Assembly (NCBI RefSeq): GCF_000175255.2
Contig: NC_017262.1
Location: 1,080,001 to 1,112,000, forward strand
DNA length: 32,000 bases
Direction: 5' to 3'
From: Zymomonas mobilis subsp. mobilis ATCC 10988
GTDB lineage: Bacteria; Pseudomonadota; Alphaproteobacteria; Sphingomonadales; Sphingomonadaceae
Of the stretch, positions 8,475-17,716 are shown in pieces. Position 1 is the stretch's first letter. Each line of letters begins with the position of its first letter. The translations under genes were made by a program, and so were the position numbers. The notes beneath the pieces were generated by a model, which saw only the letters and a program-made list of their open reading frames with translations, searched no databases and was not told the origin of the DNA.

Positions 8475-8981
8475 ATGACTGCTTCTTCTACTTTTAAAAT
8501 TGAATATATCATACAGGCGCGCAACCTTGCCAAATTAGGGGCAACCAATCGCGATATTGCCGATTTTTTTGGTGTGAGCGAACGCACGATCAATCGTTGG
8601 GTTTTAAAATATCCCGATTTTGCCAATGCTGTCAGAATTGGGAAAGCGGCGGCGGACAATCGGGTTGAGGCTTCGCTCTATCAAAGAGCCGTAGGCTATA
8701 GTTACGATTGCCAAAAAGTGCTGATGGTTTCCGGTAAGCCTGAAGTCGTGGAATTTGTCGAGCATCTTCCGCCCGATATTACAGCCTGTAGTTTTTGGTT
8801 ACGGAACCGCCGTCCTAAACAATGGCGGGAAAAACAAACGGCAGAAATAACCGGCCAGAATGGTGCGCCTATTTTGGCGCGTATAGAACGCGTCATTGTC
8901 GGCGAAGGGCATAGCGGATCTGATCGGCCTATATCCTCTTCGGAATGGGATAACGATCCTGTTGATATGGGAAAGATGTGA
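8475..8981 (+). CDS. Terminase small subunit
   Basis: The 168 aa ORF has an N-terminal HTH (GATNRDIADFFGVSERTINRWVLKYPDF) and a conserved ASLYQRAVGY...WLRNRRPKQWR block typical of phage TerS. It sits immediately upstream of, and overlaps, the large terminase gene. Confidence 0.8.
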   Translation: MTASSTFKIEYIIQARNLAKLGATNRDIADFFGVSERTINRWVLKYPDFANAVRIGKAAADNRVEASLYQRAVGYSYDCQKVLMVSGKPEVVEFVEHLPPDITACSFWLRNRRPKQWREKQTAEITGQNGAPILARIERVIVGEGHSGSDRPISSSEWDNDPVDMGKM

Positions 8982-10267
8982 TGTCTTTTCCGGCTTTAAG
9001 AATTCCGACCGCCAAAGTCTTTAGACCTTTATTAAAACCGGCACGCTATAAAGGCGCTTATGGTGGAAGAGGTTCCGGTAAATCCCATTTTTTCGCGGAA
9101 ATGTTGGTTGAAGATTGTCTTCGCCTTCCGGGATTGCGGGCTGTCTGTATTCGAGAAGTCCAAAAATCCCTGAAGGATTCAGCGAAAAGGCTGATCGAGG
9201 CGAAATTATCGGCATATCATTTGGGAAGCAATGTCGGTTTTCGGGTTTTTCGTGACCACATCCAAACCCCCGGCAATGGCATTATCATCTTTCAAGGGAT
9301 GCAAGACCATACCGCCGAAAGTATCAAGTCTTTGGAAGGATTCTCACGGGCATGGGTCGAAGAAGCGCAGACCCTGTCCCAACGATCTTTGGAGCTTTTA
9401 AGGCCAACCATCAGAACGATTGATTCAGAATTATGGTTTTCGTGGAATCCTCGTTTCAAAACTGATCCGGTTGACCGGATGTTGCGCGGCGAAACGCCAC
9501 CGACCGGTGCTGTTGTGGTTCAGGCTAATTGGGAAAATAACCCGTGGTTCCCCTCGCCGTTGGATCAGGAAAGGCGGGATTGCCTGGCGAATGATCCTGA
9601 TAAATACCGCCATATATGGGAAGGGGGATATGCGGAGATAACCGAGGGGGCTTATTATGCCCAAGCCTTGGCCAAAGCCCGATCTGAAAAACGGATAGCT
9701 GTCGTTGCCGCTGACCCGTTAATGACCTTGCGGGCGGTTTGGGATATCGGCGGCACGGGTGCCAAAGCCGATGCTACCGCGATATGGATTGTCCAATATG
9801 TCGGACGGGAAATCCGTTTCCTCGATCATTATGAAGCGCAAGGGCAGCCTTTATCTGCCCATCTTCATTGGTTGCGTTCGCATGATTATGGCGGGGCTTT
9901 ATGTATCCTACCTCATGATGGCGCGCAGCATGATAAAATCGCCTCGACAACCTATGAAGGCGCGTTGCGTGAAGCCGGATTTTCGGTGCGGGTTATTCCT
10001 AATCAGGGAGCCGGAGCCGCAATGCAGCGGATTGAAGCAGCTCGTCGGTTATTTCCCCAGATGTGGTTTGATGAAAATCACTGCCGTGGCGGTTTGGAAG
10101 CCCTTGGATGGTATCACGAAAAACGGGACGAAATACGAGGGATAGGGTTAGGACCCGATCATGATTGGTCAAGCCATTCCGCGGATGCTTTCGGTTTGGC
10201 GGCTATTGCTTGGGAACCGCCCGTAACGAGCCGGAAAATCACCTATAGCAATAAAGGAATATTTTAA
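8978..10267 (+). CDS. Terminase large subunit
   Basis: The 429 aa ORF has Walker A YGGRGSGKSHFFA, a WVEEAQ Walker B-like motif, and a C-terminal nuclease region (WDIGGTGAKADATAIW). The start is GTG 8978 or ATG 8981, overlapping the terS stop. Confidence 0.9.
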   Translation: MMSFPALRIPTAKVFRPLLKPARYKGAYGGRGSGKSHFFAEMLVEDCLRLPGLRAVCIREVQKSLKDSAKRLIEAKLSAYHLGSNVGFRVFRDHIQTPGNGIIIFQGMQDHTAESIKSLEGFSRAWVEEAQTLSQRSLELLRPTIRTIDSELWFSWNPRFKTDPVDRMLRGETPPTGAVVVQANWENNPWFPSPLDQERRDCLANDPDKYRHIWEGGYAEITEGAYYAQALAKARSEKRIAVVAADPLMTLRAVWDIGGTGAKADATAIWIVQYVGREIRFLDHYEAQGQPLSAHLHWLRSHDYGGALCILPHDGAQHDKIASTTYEGALREAGFSVRVIPNQGAGAAMQRIEAARRLFPQMWFDENHCRGGLEALGWYHEKRDEIRGIGLGPDHDWSSHSADAFGLAAIAWEPPVTSRKITYSNKGIF

Positions 10268-10309
10268 TGAAACGGGCTGAAAAGAGCTTTCTGCCCCGAA
10301 GGGGGCGCT

Positions 10310-12499
10310 ATGTCTTTGGATATTGATAGCAATATAGATTTGAAAGAAAAACAGGCGGATTTCTTACTTTCTAACCATGAGTTATTAGCGGTCTTGCGCG
10401 AAAAAGCCGATCAAGCAGAAAGCTGGCATAATAGTTTACTGGCTGAAGATCAGGCCAATGCTATCGATTTTTATGAAGCGCGACCCTTTGGGGATGAAGA
10501 GGACGGTCGGAGTCAGGTCGTTAGTCCCGATGTCGCCGAGGTAGTCGATTATATGACGATCAGCCTGTTACGGACGATTGTGTCAGGCGATCGCGTGATT
10601 GAATTCGAGCCGATAGCCGCCGAGCAAGCGCAAGATGCCGACGATGCGACCGAGGCGGTCAGCTATGCTTTTATGCATGGACAGGACGGCTATAAAATCT
10701 TGCATGACTGGATACAGTCGGGATTGATTGAAAAAATAGGCATTATCAAAACCGCGGTCCTATCGGAAAGACGTGCTACAATCCGTCATATTACTGTCGA
10801 TGATGATGCCTTGGCAGCTCTGTTGATGGAGGCCGAGGATAATCCCGATATTCAGATTACCTTGAATAGTGACAATGGTAGCGGCCAATATGAGGTAACC
10901 GTTACCCGTTATCAGCTTCAAAAACGCTATGTCGATATGCCGATTCCGTCCGAAGAATATCGCGTTTCGGCCAGAACCCGCCATGAAGATGATGCTGATT
11001 ATCAGGCGCATGTCAGTTATAAAACGCTGTCTGATCTTATTTCGATGGGGTTCGATCGCGATATTGTTGAGAGCCTACCAAGTGATAAGAGTTTTCCCAA
11101 TAGCGATGGCCGTTCTGATGCCAGATGGCGGGATGAATCCTTTCTGTCTGGCAGCAGCGATCAAGCCAATCGCGAAGTTCTCTTATATGAAGAATATGTC
11201 CGCATCGATCGGGATGGCGACGGCATTGCTGAATTATTGCAGATTTTTCGGGTAAAAGATGTCTTACTTTCGATTGAAGAAGTAGACGAAGCGCCCTTTG
11301 TCGTTTGGACACCTTTCCCGCGCGCCCATCGGATGATTGGTAATTCTTTGGCCGAGAAGGTTATGGATATCCAGCGGGTTAAGTCAGTGCTGATGCGTCA
11401 GGCTTTGGATGGGGTTTACCAGACCAATGCGCCCCGTATGGCGGTAAATGTCGATGGTTTAACCGAAGATACTTTTGACGATTTATTGACAATTAGACCC
11501 GGGGCGATTGTCCGTTATCGGGGTGGCATTCCACCAACGCCGTTAAATGCCGGTTTCGATATCCAAAAATCTTTGGGTATGATCGAGTATATGCAGTCGG
11601 CTCAGGAAAGCCGGACGGGGATTACCCGTCTTAATCAGGGATTGGATGCTGACAGTCTTAATAAAACCGCGACTGGTCAGGCCTTGCTTCAGGCGCAAGG
11701 GCAGCAAATGGAAGAATATGTTGCCCGCAATTTTGCACAAAGTCTTGGGCGGTTATTCCAAAAGAAATTATGGCTGATGATTGCATCGGGCGATCCGATG
11801 GCGATCAAGGTTGAAGGTCTGTATAAAACGGTTGATCCGGCTTTGTGGCCGCCGGATATGCGCGTGCGTGTCACGGTCGGATTGGGATCGGGGCGAAAAG
11901 ATCAGCGTTTGGCCTATCGTCAGCAGTTGTTATCTATTCAGCAACAGGCGTTGGCCGTTGGTTTAACCGGTTCCAAGCAGATTTATAATAATATCGCCGC
12001 GATGATCCGAGATTGTGGTTTGGGTAATCCGACTGATTATTTGATTGATCCTGATATTCGCTTGGCAGGTAATCAGGCTGAAAATCCTGTGAATAATAAT
12101 TCGGCTGCAGCGCAAAATTCTTCTGGCAGTGTAGGAAATAATCCCGATTATACAGAGTTGAAAGCCCGACAAGATATCAATCTTCAAGGGCAGAAAATGG
12201 CTGCTGATCAGGAACGGAGTATGGCCGAATTTGCTTTGAAAAAGCAGGAAACCGAGGCCAAGCTGGCGATGCAACAGGAAGAGCATAAACAGCGTTTGGC
12301 CTTGGTGCGCGAAAAAGCCGAAGAAGAGGCCATTTTAGCAAGGCAACGTTCCGATTTTGAAGCCTCGCTTGCCAAGGAAACGGCCGATCGTAATTACCAG
12401 ATCGCTTTGAAATTGGCAGAAGCTGGAAAAAATATTCCAGCGGATAAAAAGGGGGATAGGGTGCCGCAAAACAAAGCAGGGGGCGCATTGGATAAATAA
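10310..12499 (+). CDS. Portal protein (large P22-type size class, with a C-terminal coiled-coil extension)
   Basis: The 729 aa ORF follows terL and has a strong RBS (AAGGGGG). Assignment rests on size and position. The C-terminal ~130 aa are charged and helical (AEFALKKQETEAKLAMQQEEHKQRLALVREKAEEEA). Confidence 0.8.
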   Translation: MSLDIDSNIDLKEKQADFLLSNHELLAVLREKADQAESWHNSLLAEDQANAIDFYEARPFGDEEDGRSQVVSPDVAEVVDYMTISLLRTIVSGDRVIEFEPIAAEQAQDADDATEAVSYAFMHGQDGYKILHDWIQSGLIEKIGIIKTAVLSERRATIRHITVDDDALAALLMEAEDNPDIQITLNSDNGSGQYEVTVTRYQLQKRYVDMPIPSEEYRVSARTRHEDDADYQAHVSYKTLSDLISMGFDRDIVESLPSDKSFPNSDGRSDARWRDESFLSGSSDQANREVLLYEEYVRIDRDGDGIAELLQIFRVKDVLLSIEEVDEAPFVVWTPFPRAHRMIGNSLAEKVMDIQRVKSVLMRQALDGVYQTNAPRMAVNVDGLTEDTFDDLLTIRPGAIVRYRGGIPPTPLNAGFDIQKSLGMIEYMQSAQESRTGITRLNQGLDADSLNKTATGQALLQAQGQQMEEYVARNFAQSLGRLFQKKLWLMIASGDPMAIKVEGLYKTVDPALWPPDMRVRVTVGLGSGRKDQRLAYRQQLLSIQQQALAVGLTGSKQIYNNIAAMIRDCGLGNPTDYLIDPDIRLAGNQAENPVNNNSAAAQNSSGSVGNNPDYTELKARQDINLQGQKMAADQERSMAEFALKKQETEAKLAMQQEEHKQRLALVREKAEEEAILARQRSDFEASLAKETADRNYQIALKLAEAGKNIPADKKGDRVPQNKAGGALDK

Positions 12500-12798
12500 T
12501 GGAGCAAGATCCCATTTTGCGGGCAAGGCGTTGGAAAGCCTTTTATGAAGAAAAGGGCGGGTTGAAAGCTATTTTGCAAGAAATCGGCACCCGTTATATC
12601 CAGCGTATGTCCGAGATTGCCCCATGGGAAGCCGAAGCTGACCGAAAATTATTACGTTTGGCGATGGCTAATCGAATTGTGGGGCAAATTGATAACTTGA
12701 TTCAAGTGATTATTGCAGATGGGCAATTGGCTGATCAGGCCAAAGAACATGCCCGAAAAATAGAGAATTTACCCGAGCGAAAACGTCGCTGGCTGTAG
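12499..12798 (+). CDS. Hypothetical phage protein
   Basis: The 99 aa ORF has a start overlapping the portal stop (TAATG). No motif was recognised. Confidence 0.5.
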   Translation: MEQDPILRARRWKAFYEEKGGLKAILQEIGTRYIQRMSEIAPWEAEADRKLLRLAMANRIVGQIDNLIQVIIADGQLADQAKEHARKIENLPERKRRWL

Positions 12799-12914
12799 GC
12801 CGAGCTATCAAGGTCTTCATTCTATTTATTGAGAAAAAACCGGCTGGGTGGCTGGAAAGAGAGTCACCGGAGTGATCTTCTGCGCCCATTTTACCGGTTG
12901 GACATTCAGGAATA

Positions 12915-13772
12915 TTGATAATGACAAATATAAAAGGCGCAGCCTTGAGGCGACCTCGTCGGTCTATTCAGGAAGCTGCCGAAGCATTGCAAGCCAATTT
13001 GGCACCGGATCAGGATGATCCGATGGCTGGAAATAATGCGGATATGCCGCCATCCGATCAGGCATCCGAGGATCAGAGCAACATGGGCGCAACGGCAGCA
13101 GGAAATGGTGCCAATCAAGGAAATGGTCAGCCAGACATGAGTGCGGCTTGGCAAGAACATTGTCGAGCCTTGCATTACCATTATGCCGACCAGCTTGCTA
13201 AATATGCCGAAGCGATTACCCCGAAAAAACCTGATCCGCAGTTATTGGTCAGTGATCCGGCAAGCTATGCCGCACAATTGGCAAGTTATGAAGACTTAAC
13301 GGCCAAGCGTGACCAAATTGTTCAGGAAGTTATCCAGATTTCTCGCCAGAATGAAATGGCTGAACTGGCTGCCAGAAGAGCATGGGCGCAGGGCGAACAT
13401 CAGCGTTTGATATCGCTTTTGCCTGAATGGGGCGATGATAATCAGAGACCGGCTATCTTGGCGGCTTTTGAAGAAACGGGACGGCATCTCGGTTATCCAG
13501 ATCATGTTTTGGCCGAGGCTGATTCCAACGACATTATGGCTTTGAAAAAAGCCCATGAATGGCGAAGAAAATCCGAAAAATGGGATGCCCTACAACAGGG
13601 TAAGGCGGCGGCTATCAAATCAGCCAAAACATCGAGAAAAACCGCAGTTCCAGGAACGTCCCAGCCTTATGGCGCGGCCAAAAGCCGGAAACTGAATGAA
13701 TCATTGGGGCAGCTTCGCGAAACTGGTGATGTCCGGTCAGCCGCCGCGGCGATGAACGCCCTTTTTAAATAA
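12915..13772 (+). CDS. Putative scaffolding protein
   Basis: The ORF lies between the portal and major capsid genes. It is acidic, Ala/Gln-rich, helical and low-complexity. The likely start is ATG 12921, preceded by AGGA. Confidence 0.55.
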   Translation: MIMTNIKGAALRRPRRSIQEAAEALQANLAPDQDDPMAGNNADMPPSDQASEDQSNMGATAAGNGANQGNGQPDMSAAWQEHCRALHYHYADQLAKYAEAITPKKPDPQLLVSDPASYAAQLASYEDLTAKRDQIVQEVIQISRQNEMAELAARRAWAQGEHQRLISLLPEWGDDNQRPAILAAFEETGRHLGYPDHVLAEADSNDIMALKKAHEWRRKSEKWDALQQGKAAAIKSAKTSRKTAVPGTSQPYGAAKSRKLNESLGQLRETGDVRSAAAAMNALFK

Positions 13773-13797
13773 TCTACTTTTCAAGGAATTTTGAATT

Positions 13798-13887
13798 ATG
13801 TCTGTTGCCTCTAATACCGTCCAAACCTATTCGCGTGTCGGTATTCGTGAAGATCTTTCCGATATTATTTATAATATCAGCCCGACT
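13798..13887 (+). CDS. Major capsid protein, exon 1 (30 codons)
   Basis: The ATG at 13798 is preceded by AAGGAA. It encodes MSVASNTVQTYSRVGIREDLSDIIYNISPT, the conserved N-terminus of an HK97-fold capsid family. Unspliced, the frame reaches a stop 6 codons later (TAA 13903-13905). Confidence 0.75.
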
Positions 13888-14264
13888 GGAGTCTTGGTCC
13901 GTTAATGTAGTTTATACGCTGCATTAAATGAAAAGGCGGTGAATTCGGGGGACGTCCAACCGTCATAGACGAGGATAATCCCGAGCCAAGCTTGAGGTGA
14001 AAATCTCTTGAAGGTGTAACGACTAACAGCCGAGCCTACCGACAAAAAACGATAAAACTGATGCCGTTATTTCTGAAAAAGAAGCGGGTATGATTCTTTT
14101 CATTTTTACTGAAAATGCCGGAAATTTCGGAAGAAATATTTCAGTCTTTTTTGTCCATGGCAGTAATGCTGACACGAGTGCCGCCCGCGAAAGCGATGAT
14201 ATAGTCTGAGCCTTGCAGGAATGTAAGGAAGCAAGGGATAAAGAGCCTTTGCGGTAACAATCTG
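13888..14264 (+). ncRNA. Putative self-splicing group I intron (ORF-less, 377 nt) interrupting the major capsid gene
   Basis: Exon 1 ends in U, which can form a U.G pair in P1 (GACU 13884-87 / GGUC 13896-99). The intron ends in G (14264). A P2 hairpin lies at 13902-10/13919-27. Strings resembling the conserved core elements are P AAUUCGGGGG (13942-51), Q AAUCCCGAGCC (13977-87), R GUAACGACUAACAG (14016-29) and S GAUAUAGUC (14198-206). P4 (UUCGGG/CCCGAG) and P7 (GACUA/UAGUC) can pair. A P9 hairpin lies at 14211-16/14231-36. Excision restores the reading frame. Confidence 0.75.
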
Positions 14265-15152
14265 GAAACACCTTTTGTAACAGCTATCGGTCAAACGACA
14301 GCCAAAAATACCTATACCGAATGGCAGACCGACAATCTTGCCAGCGCTAATGCCCAGAATAAACAGGTCGAAGGGGCTGATCTTGCCAATGAAAGCCGTC
14401 AGCCAACGGTCCGGGTCGGCAATTATACCCAGATCATGACCAAAGTTGTCGGGACATCGACGACCGATCGGGCGGTGCATAATGCCGGACGCGGTGATGA
14501 ACATGCCTATCAGTTGGCACGTGCTGGTCAGGAATTGAAACGCGATATTGAGGCGCGCTTTACCGGTAATTTTGCAGCCATTCCCGGAGATGGGGCAGTC
14601 GTCGCGCGTGAAACAGCAGGAGCTTTGGCATGGCTGCGCAGTAATGCCCATCGTGGCGACGGCGGTGCTAATCCGGTGATGTCCGGTGGCGATAATGGCA
14701 GCGGTTATCCGACAACCGCGGCGACCGCAGGTAAGGCGCGGCTTTATACCGAGGCTTTGTTAAAAGAAGTTTTGGGCGATATCTGGGTCAGTGGTGGTCA
14801 GCCAAATATGGTGATTACCTCTTTGAAACTGAAACAGACGGCAGCAGCCTTTCCGGGGTTGGCTTCCAACCGGCGCGATACGGGCGACCAGAAAGCGCGT
14901 ATTATTGCCGGTGCGGATATCTATGTTTCCGATGTCGGCGAAGTCCAGTTTGTACCTGATCGTTTTTGCGACAATAGCAGCGCTTTGGTCATTGACCCTG
15001 AATATTGGTCGGTTGCGACCTTAGATCCGATTCAGAAACGGTCTTTGGCAACAACGGGGCTGGCTGATCGTGATGCCCTTTATACTGAAATTGCCTTGCG
15101 CTGCCATAATGAAGCAACCTCCGGTGTTTTGGCAGATTTAAGCGCTGCCTGA
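14265..15152 (+). CDS. Major capsid protein, exon 2 (295 codons plus stop)
   Basis: The frame of ORF 14436..15152 stays open upstream to 14205. From 14265 it encodes ETPFVTAIGQTTAKNTYTEWQTDNLASANAQNKQVEGADL...GNYTQIMTKVVGTSTTDRAV...AYQLARAGQELKRDIE, which is typical of this capsid family. Joined to exon 1 it gives 325 aa. Confidence 0.8.
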   Translation, partial: ETPFVTAIGQTTAKNTYTEWQTDNLASANAQNKQVEGADLANESRQPTVRVGNYTQIMTKVVGTSTTDRAVHNAGRGDEHAYQLARAGQELKRDIEARFTGNFAAIPGDGAVVARETAGALAWLRSNAHRGDGGANPVMSGGDNGSGYPTTAATAGKARLYTEALLKEVLGDIWVSGGQPNMVITSLKLKQTAAAFPGLASNRRDTGDQKARIIAGADIYVSDVGEVQFVPDRFCDNSSALVIDPEYWSVATLDPIQKRSLATTGLADRDALYTEIALRCHNEATSGVLADLSAA

Positions 15153-15287
15153 TTTTCGTGATCGGGAGGATGTCTTCTTGCAAGGCATCTTCCCGTAAAA
15201 ATTCGGAAAGGGAATATTCCATGGCTTTTTCTTCTGCCTTGGTCGCCTTTTTCAAAAAAAAGGTCGGGCTGGGCTTGAAATGCGGCT

Positions 15288-15632
15288 TTGATATTCGAGG
15301 CCATGATGGCTGCTGAACGTTTGTTATCCTATAATCCGGTGACGGGGCTTAAAAGTTGGTTCTCCTCTTCAGAGGAGAATCAGGGCAGTTGGCATATCCG
15401 CTATGAACAGGATTGTTCTGCGGCTTTGGAAGCCAATAAACAGGCACAAAATGAAGATTTTGATCGGCGTTCTTCGATGTGGCACGCCGCCCATGTTCCC
15501 GCCGTCGTTTTGATGGAATGGCTGGTGAAATATGGTGTCCGATATTGGGACAAAAATCACGCGCCTGCCGTTCGCCGTTTACTCAATCATCCTGATTATC
15601 GCTATTTGCGCGTTAATCACTTTATTATGTGA
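15288..15632 (+). CDS. Hypothetical phage protein
   Basis: The ORF is 114 aa. A start at ATG 15303/15306 is more likely than 15288. It sits in the head-completion region of the cluster. Confidence 0.5.
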   Translation: MIFEAMMAAERLLSYNPVTGLKSWFSSSEENQGSWHIRYEQDCSAALEANKQAQNEDFDRRSSMWHAAHVPAVVLMEWLVKYGVRYWDKNHAPAVRRLLNHPDYRYLRVNHFIM

Positions 15633-15641
15633 GCATGGCTG

Positions 15642-16301
15642 ATGGCTCTTTTTATTGATGCCCAAAATCTGGACAGTCTCACCCGTTATGATGGCCTCTT
15701 AAAGGCGATTGCCTTGTGGTTGGAACGCGATGATCTGGCCGACGAAATCCCTTATTTCGTGCAACTGGCAGAAGCCCGTTTTCGGCGATTGTTGACTAAT
15801 CCCGAATTGGAAACCGAAATAACGGTAGCGGCAGGCTGTCCTGTTGCGTTGCCGGATGATTTTGAGGCCTTGCGCCTGCTTTATCCGGCAGGCGGTCGTC
15901 GCGATCGGGCTTTTTTGCAGCTGCCGCCAGATGTTTTTCAGCAGGGCAAGCATCAGAATAAATCTGTTTTCACCCTGATCGCAGGGCAATTATGGATATC
16001 GCCTCTTCCTGAAACAGAAACGGCTTTTTCGTTGGTCTATCGTGCGGCTTTGCCGTCTTTATCCTTGAATCGCCAGAGTAACTGGCTGTTGACGTCCCAT
16101 CCCGATATTTATTTATTCGGGTCGTTATTACAGGCCGAGTTCTTCGGATGGAATGACAGCCGTTTGCCGGTCATTAAATCGGCGCTGGATGAAGCCTTGG
16201 GCGAGTTAAATAAAGCAGGATTGCGCAAGCGTTATGCAGAAAGCACCTTGGTTGCGCCATCGCCTGTCGTGGAAGCGGTGAAAGGCACTTACCGATGGTA
16301 A
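15642..16301 (+). CDS. Hypothetical phage protein, candidate head-tail adaptor (positional call only)
   Basis: The 219 aa ORF is coupled to the downstream gene by an ATGGTAA overlap. Its position after the capsid is analogous to podovirus head-completion or adaptor proteins. Confidence 0.4.
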   Translation: MALFIDAQNLDSLTRYDGLLKAIALWLERDDLADEIPYFVQLAEARFRRLLTNPELETEITVAAGCPVALPDDFEALRLLYPAGGRRDRAFLQLPPDVFQQGKHQNKSVFTLIAGQLWISPLPETETAFSLVYRAALPSLSLNRQSNWLLTSHPDIYLFGSLLQAEFFGWNDSRLPVIKSALDEALGELNKAGLRKRYAESTLVAPSPVVEAVKGTYRW

Positions 16302-17716
16302 GTCAGCGTCTTTTATTCGGGGCTTATGAACCCGATCAACCACCGTATATGAGTGGATCACTGCGCCATTTAAGCAATGCCTATGCCACGACAAATGGAT
16401 ATCGTCCGGTCGGAGGCTTCAAGCCTTTTGCGGCGTCTTTGCCAGATGTTTTTATGGGAGCTGCGGCTTTTTTAGGGTCAGATGGTTCGACTTTATTGGT
16501 CGCTGGTACCAAAGACAGTCTTTACCGCTATGTTTCCGGTAATTGGGAGGCCTTGGTAACAGCCTTGCCGGCTTATGGACGATGGCATTTCACCCAATTT
16601 GGGGATCGCATTATTGCCGTTAACGGCAGTGCCACCCGAAAAATAGATATCCTTACTGGAAAAGCCGACAGCATAGCAGATGCCCCGACGGCTGAAATGG
16701 TGACAACTATTCGGGATTTTGTGGTGTATGGCCGCGCGTCAGCCCAGAAGAATCTAATCCAATGGTCGGGCTTTAATAACGAAAACAGCAATGTCATCGG
16801 CACCAATCAGGCCGGTTATCAACCGATGCTGACTGGTGGCGACATAATGGGCATTATGGGCGGCGAATATGGCGTTATTATCCAGCGTTCCCGCATTGTC
16901 CGTATGAGTTACACGGGGGACAGCTATATCTGGCAGTTTGATGAGATCAGCGCCAATATCGGGGCGATTGCGTCAGGCTCTATAGCGCAAGCTGGGCATC
17001 AGGTTTTCTTTCTTTCCGATCGGGGTTTTATGATGACAGACGGCGTTTCTGTCACACCGATCGGCAATGAACGGGTTGACCGGTGTTTTTTTGAAAGCTG
17101 GCCAAGGGACAGTTTGGATCAAATGACAGCGGCGATTGACCCAAGACAGCATATGGTCGCCTGGTTGATGCCCGGTAATCCTTCGATGGTTTTGATCTAT
17201 AATTGGGCAATAGACCGTTGGAGCCGTTTGGATATTGATGCCATCGGGATGTTTTCGGGATTTACCGCCAATACGACCTTGGAAGCCCTTAATACGCTTT
17301 ATCCAGATGGGTTGGATTCTATGCCCTATAGTCTGGATGATCCCCGTTTTTCTGGCGGTGACCCTTTGTTCATTTTTGTCGGAAAGTCGAATAATTTCGG
17401 GATTTTGGACGGTGAGAATTTACCCGCCTGTTTCCAAACCGGATTTTTCTCTGCCGATGGCGGTAATCACAGCCGGATACGGTCGGCAAGATTACTTGGC
17501 GATTTAATCGAAAAAGCTAGCCTAACAATCGAGGGCAGCCATCGTTTAGGTGATCCATCTTCTGGTCGGGTCGTTCGCGATATCACTTTATCAGGTCGAA
17601 TCCCGTTACGGGTCAATAACCGTTATTGTGCGCTCCGTCTGGATATTGAAGGCGGTGCCGCTTGGTCTTTTATCCAAGGCTTTGATTGGGACATTGTTGC
17701 CGGAGAAGGGCGATGA
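16295..17716 (+). CDS. Hypothetical phage structural protein, candidate tail hub or tail accessory protein (positional call only)
   Basis: The 473 aa ORF has a size and position comparable to P22 gp10-type tail accessory factors. No catalytic motif was seen. Confidence 0.4.
   Translation: MVSQRLLFGAYEPDQPPYMSGSLRHLSNAYATTNGYRPVGGFKPFAASLPDVFMGAAAFLGSDGSTLLVAGTKDSLYRYVSGNWEALVTALPAYGRWHFTQFGDRIIAVNGSATRKIDILTGKADSIADAPTAEMVTTIRDFVVYGRASAQKNLIQWSGFNNENSNVIGTNQAGYQPMLTGGDIMGIMGGEYGVIIQRSRIVRMSYTGDSYIWQFDEISANIGAIASGSIAQAGHQVFFLSDRGFMMTDGVSVTPIGNERVDRCFFESWPRDSLDQMTAAIDPRQHMVAWLMPGNPSMVLIYNWAIDRWSRLDIDAIGMFSGFTANTTLEALNTLYPDGLDSMPYSLDDPRFSGGDPLFIFVGKSNNFGILDGENLPACFQTGFFSADGGNHSRIRSARLLGDLIEKASLTIEGSHRLGDPSSGRVVRDITLSGRIPLRVNNRYCALRLDIEGGAAWSFIQGFDWDIVAGEGR

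Noticed and set aside
8405-8659. An 84 aa minus-strand ORF spans the alkA/terS intergenic region and could be a phage repressor.
   Set aside because: Most of it is antisense to the well-supported terS gene. It has no HTH motif and no RBS, and its composition is not protein-like.
13886-14266. The capsid-gene interruption could be a MITE or IS-type insertion flanked by a 5 bp target-site duplication (CTGGA at 13886-90 and 14262-66).
   Set aside because: Removing one repeat copy plus the insert (376 nt) gives ...ACTGGAAACACC..., which is out of frame with the downstream capsid ORF. Removing 377 nt (13888-14264) restores the frame and the conserved SPT-ETPF motif. The insert has no terminal inverted repeats and no transposase, and it carries group I core-like elements. 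The shared CTGGA is better explained by chance or by splice-site context.
14023-14651. Minus-strand ORFs of 82 aa (14023..14271) and 181 aa (14106..14651) overlap the intron and capsid exon 2.
   Set aside because: They are antisense to a well-supported capsid reading frame. They have odd Cys/Gly/Arg-rich composition, no RBS and no recognisable motif. These are typical shadow ORFs of a coding region.
14989-15304. Minus-strand ORFs (88 aa and 74 aa) partly fill the gap after the capsid gene and could be an antisense 'moron'.
   Set aside because: Both run deep into the capsid coding sequence on the opposite strand, and neither has an SD or a known motif. The gap is better explained by the hairpin and regulatory spacer.
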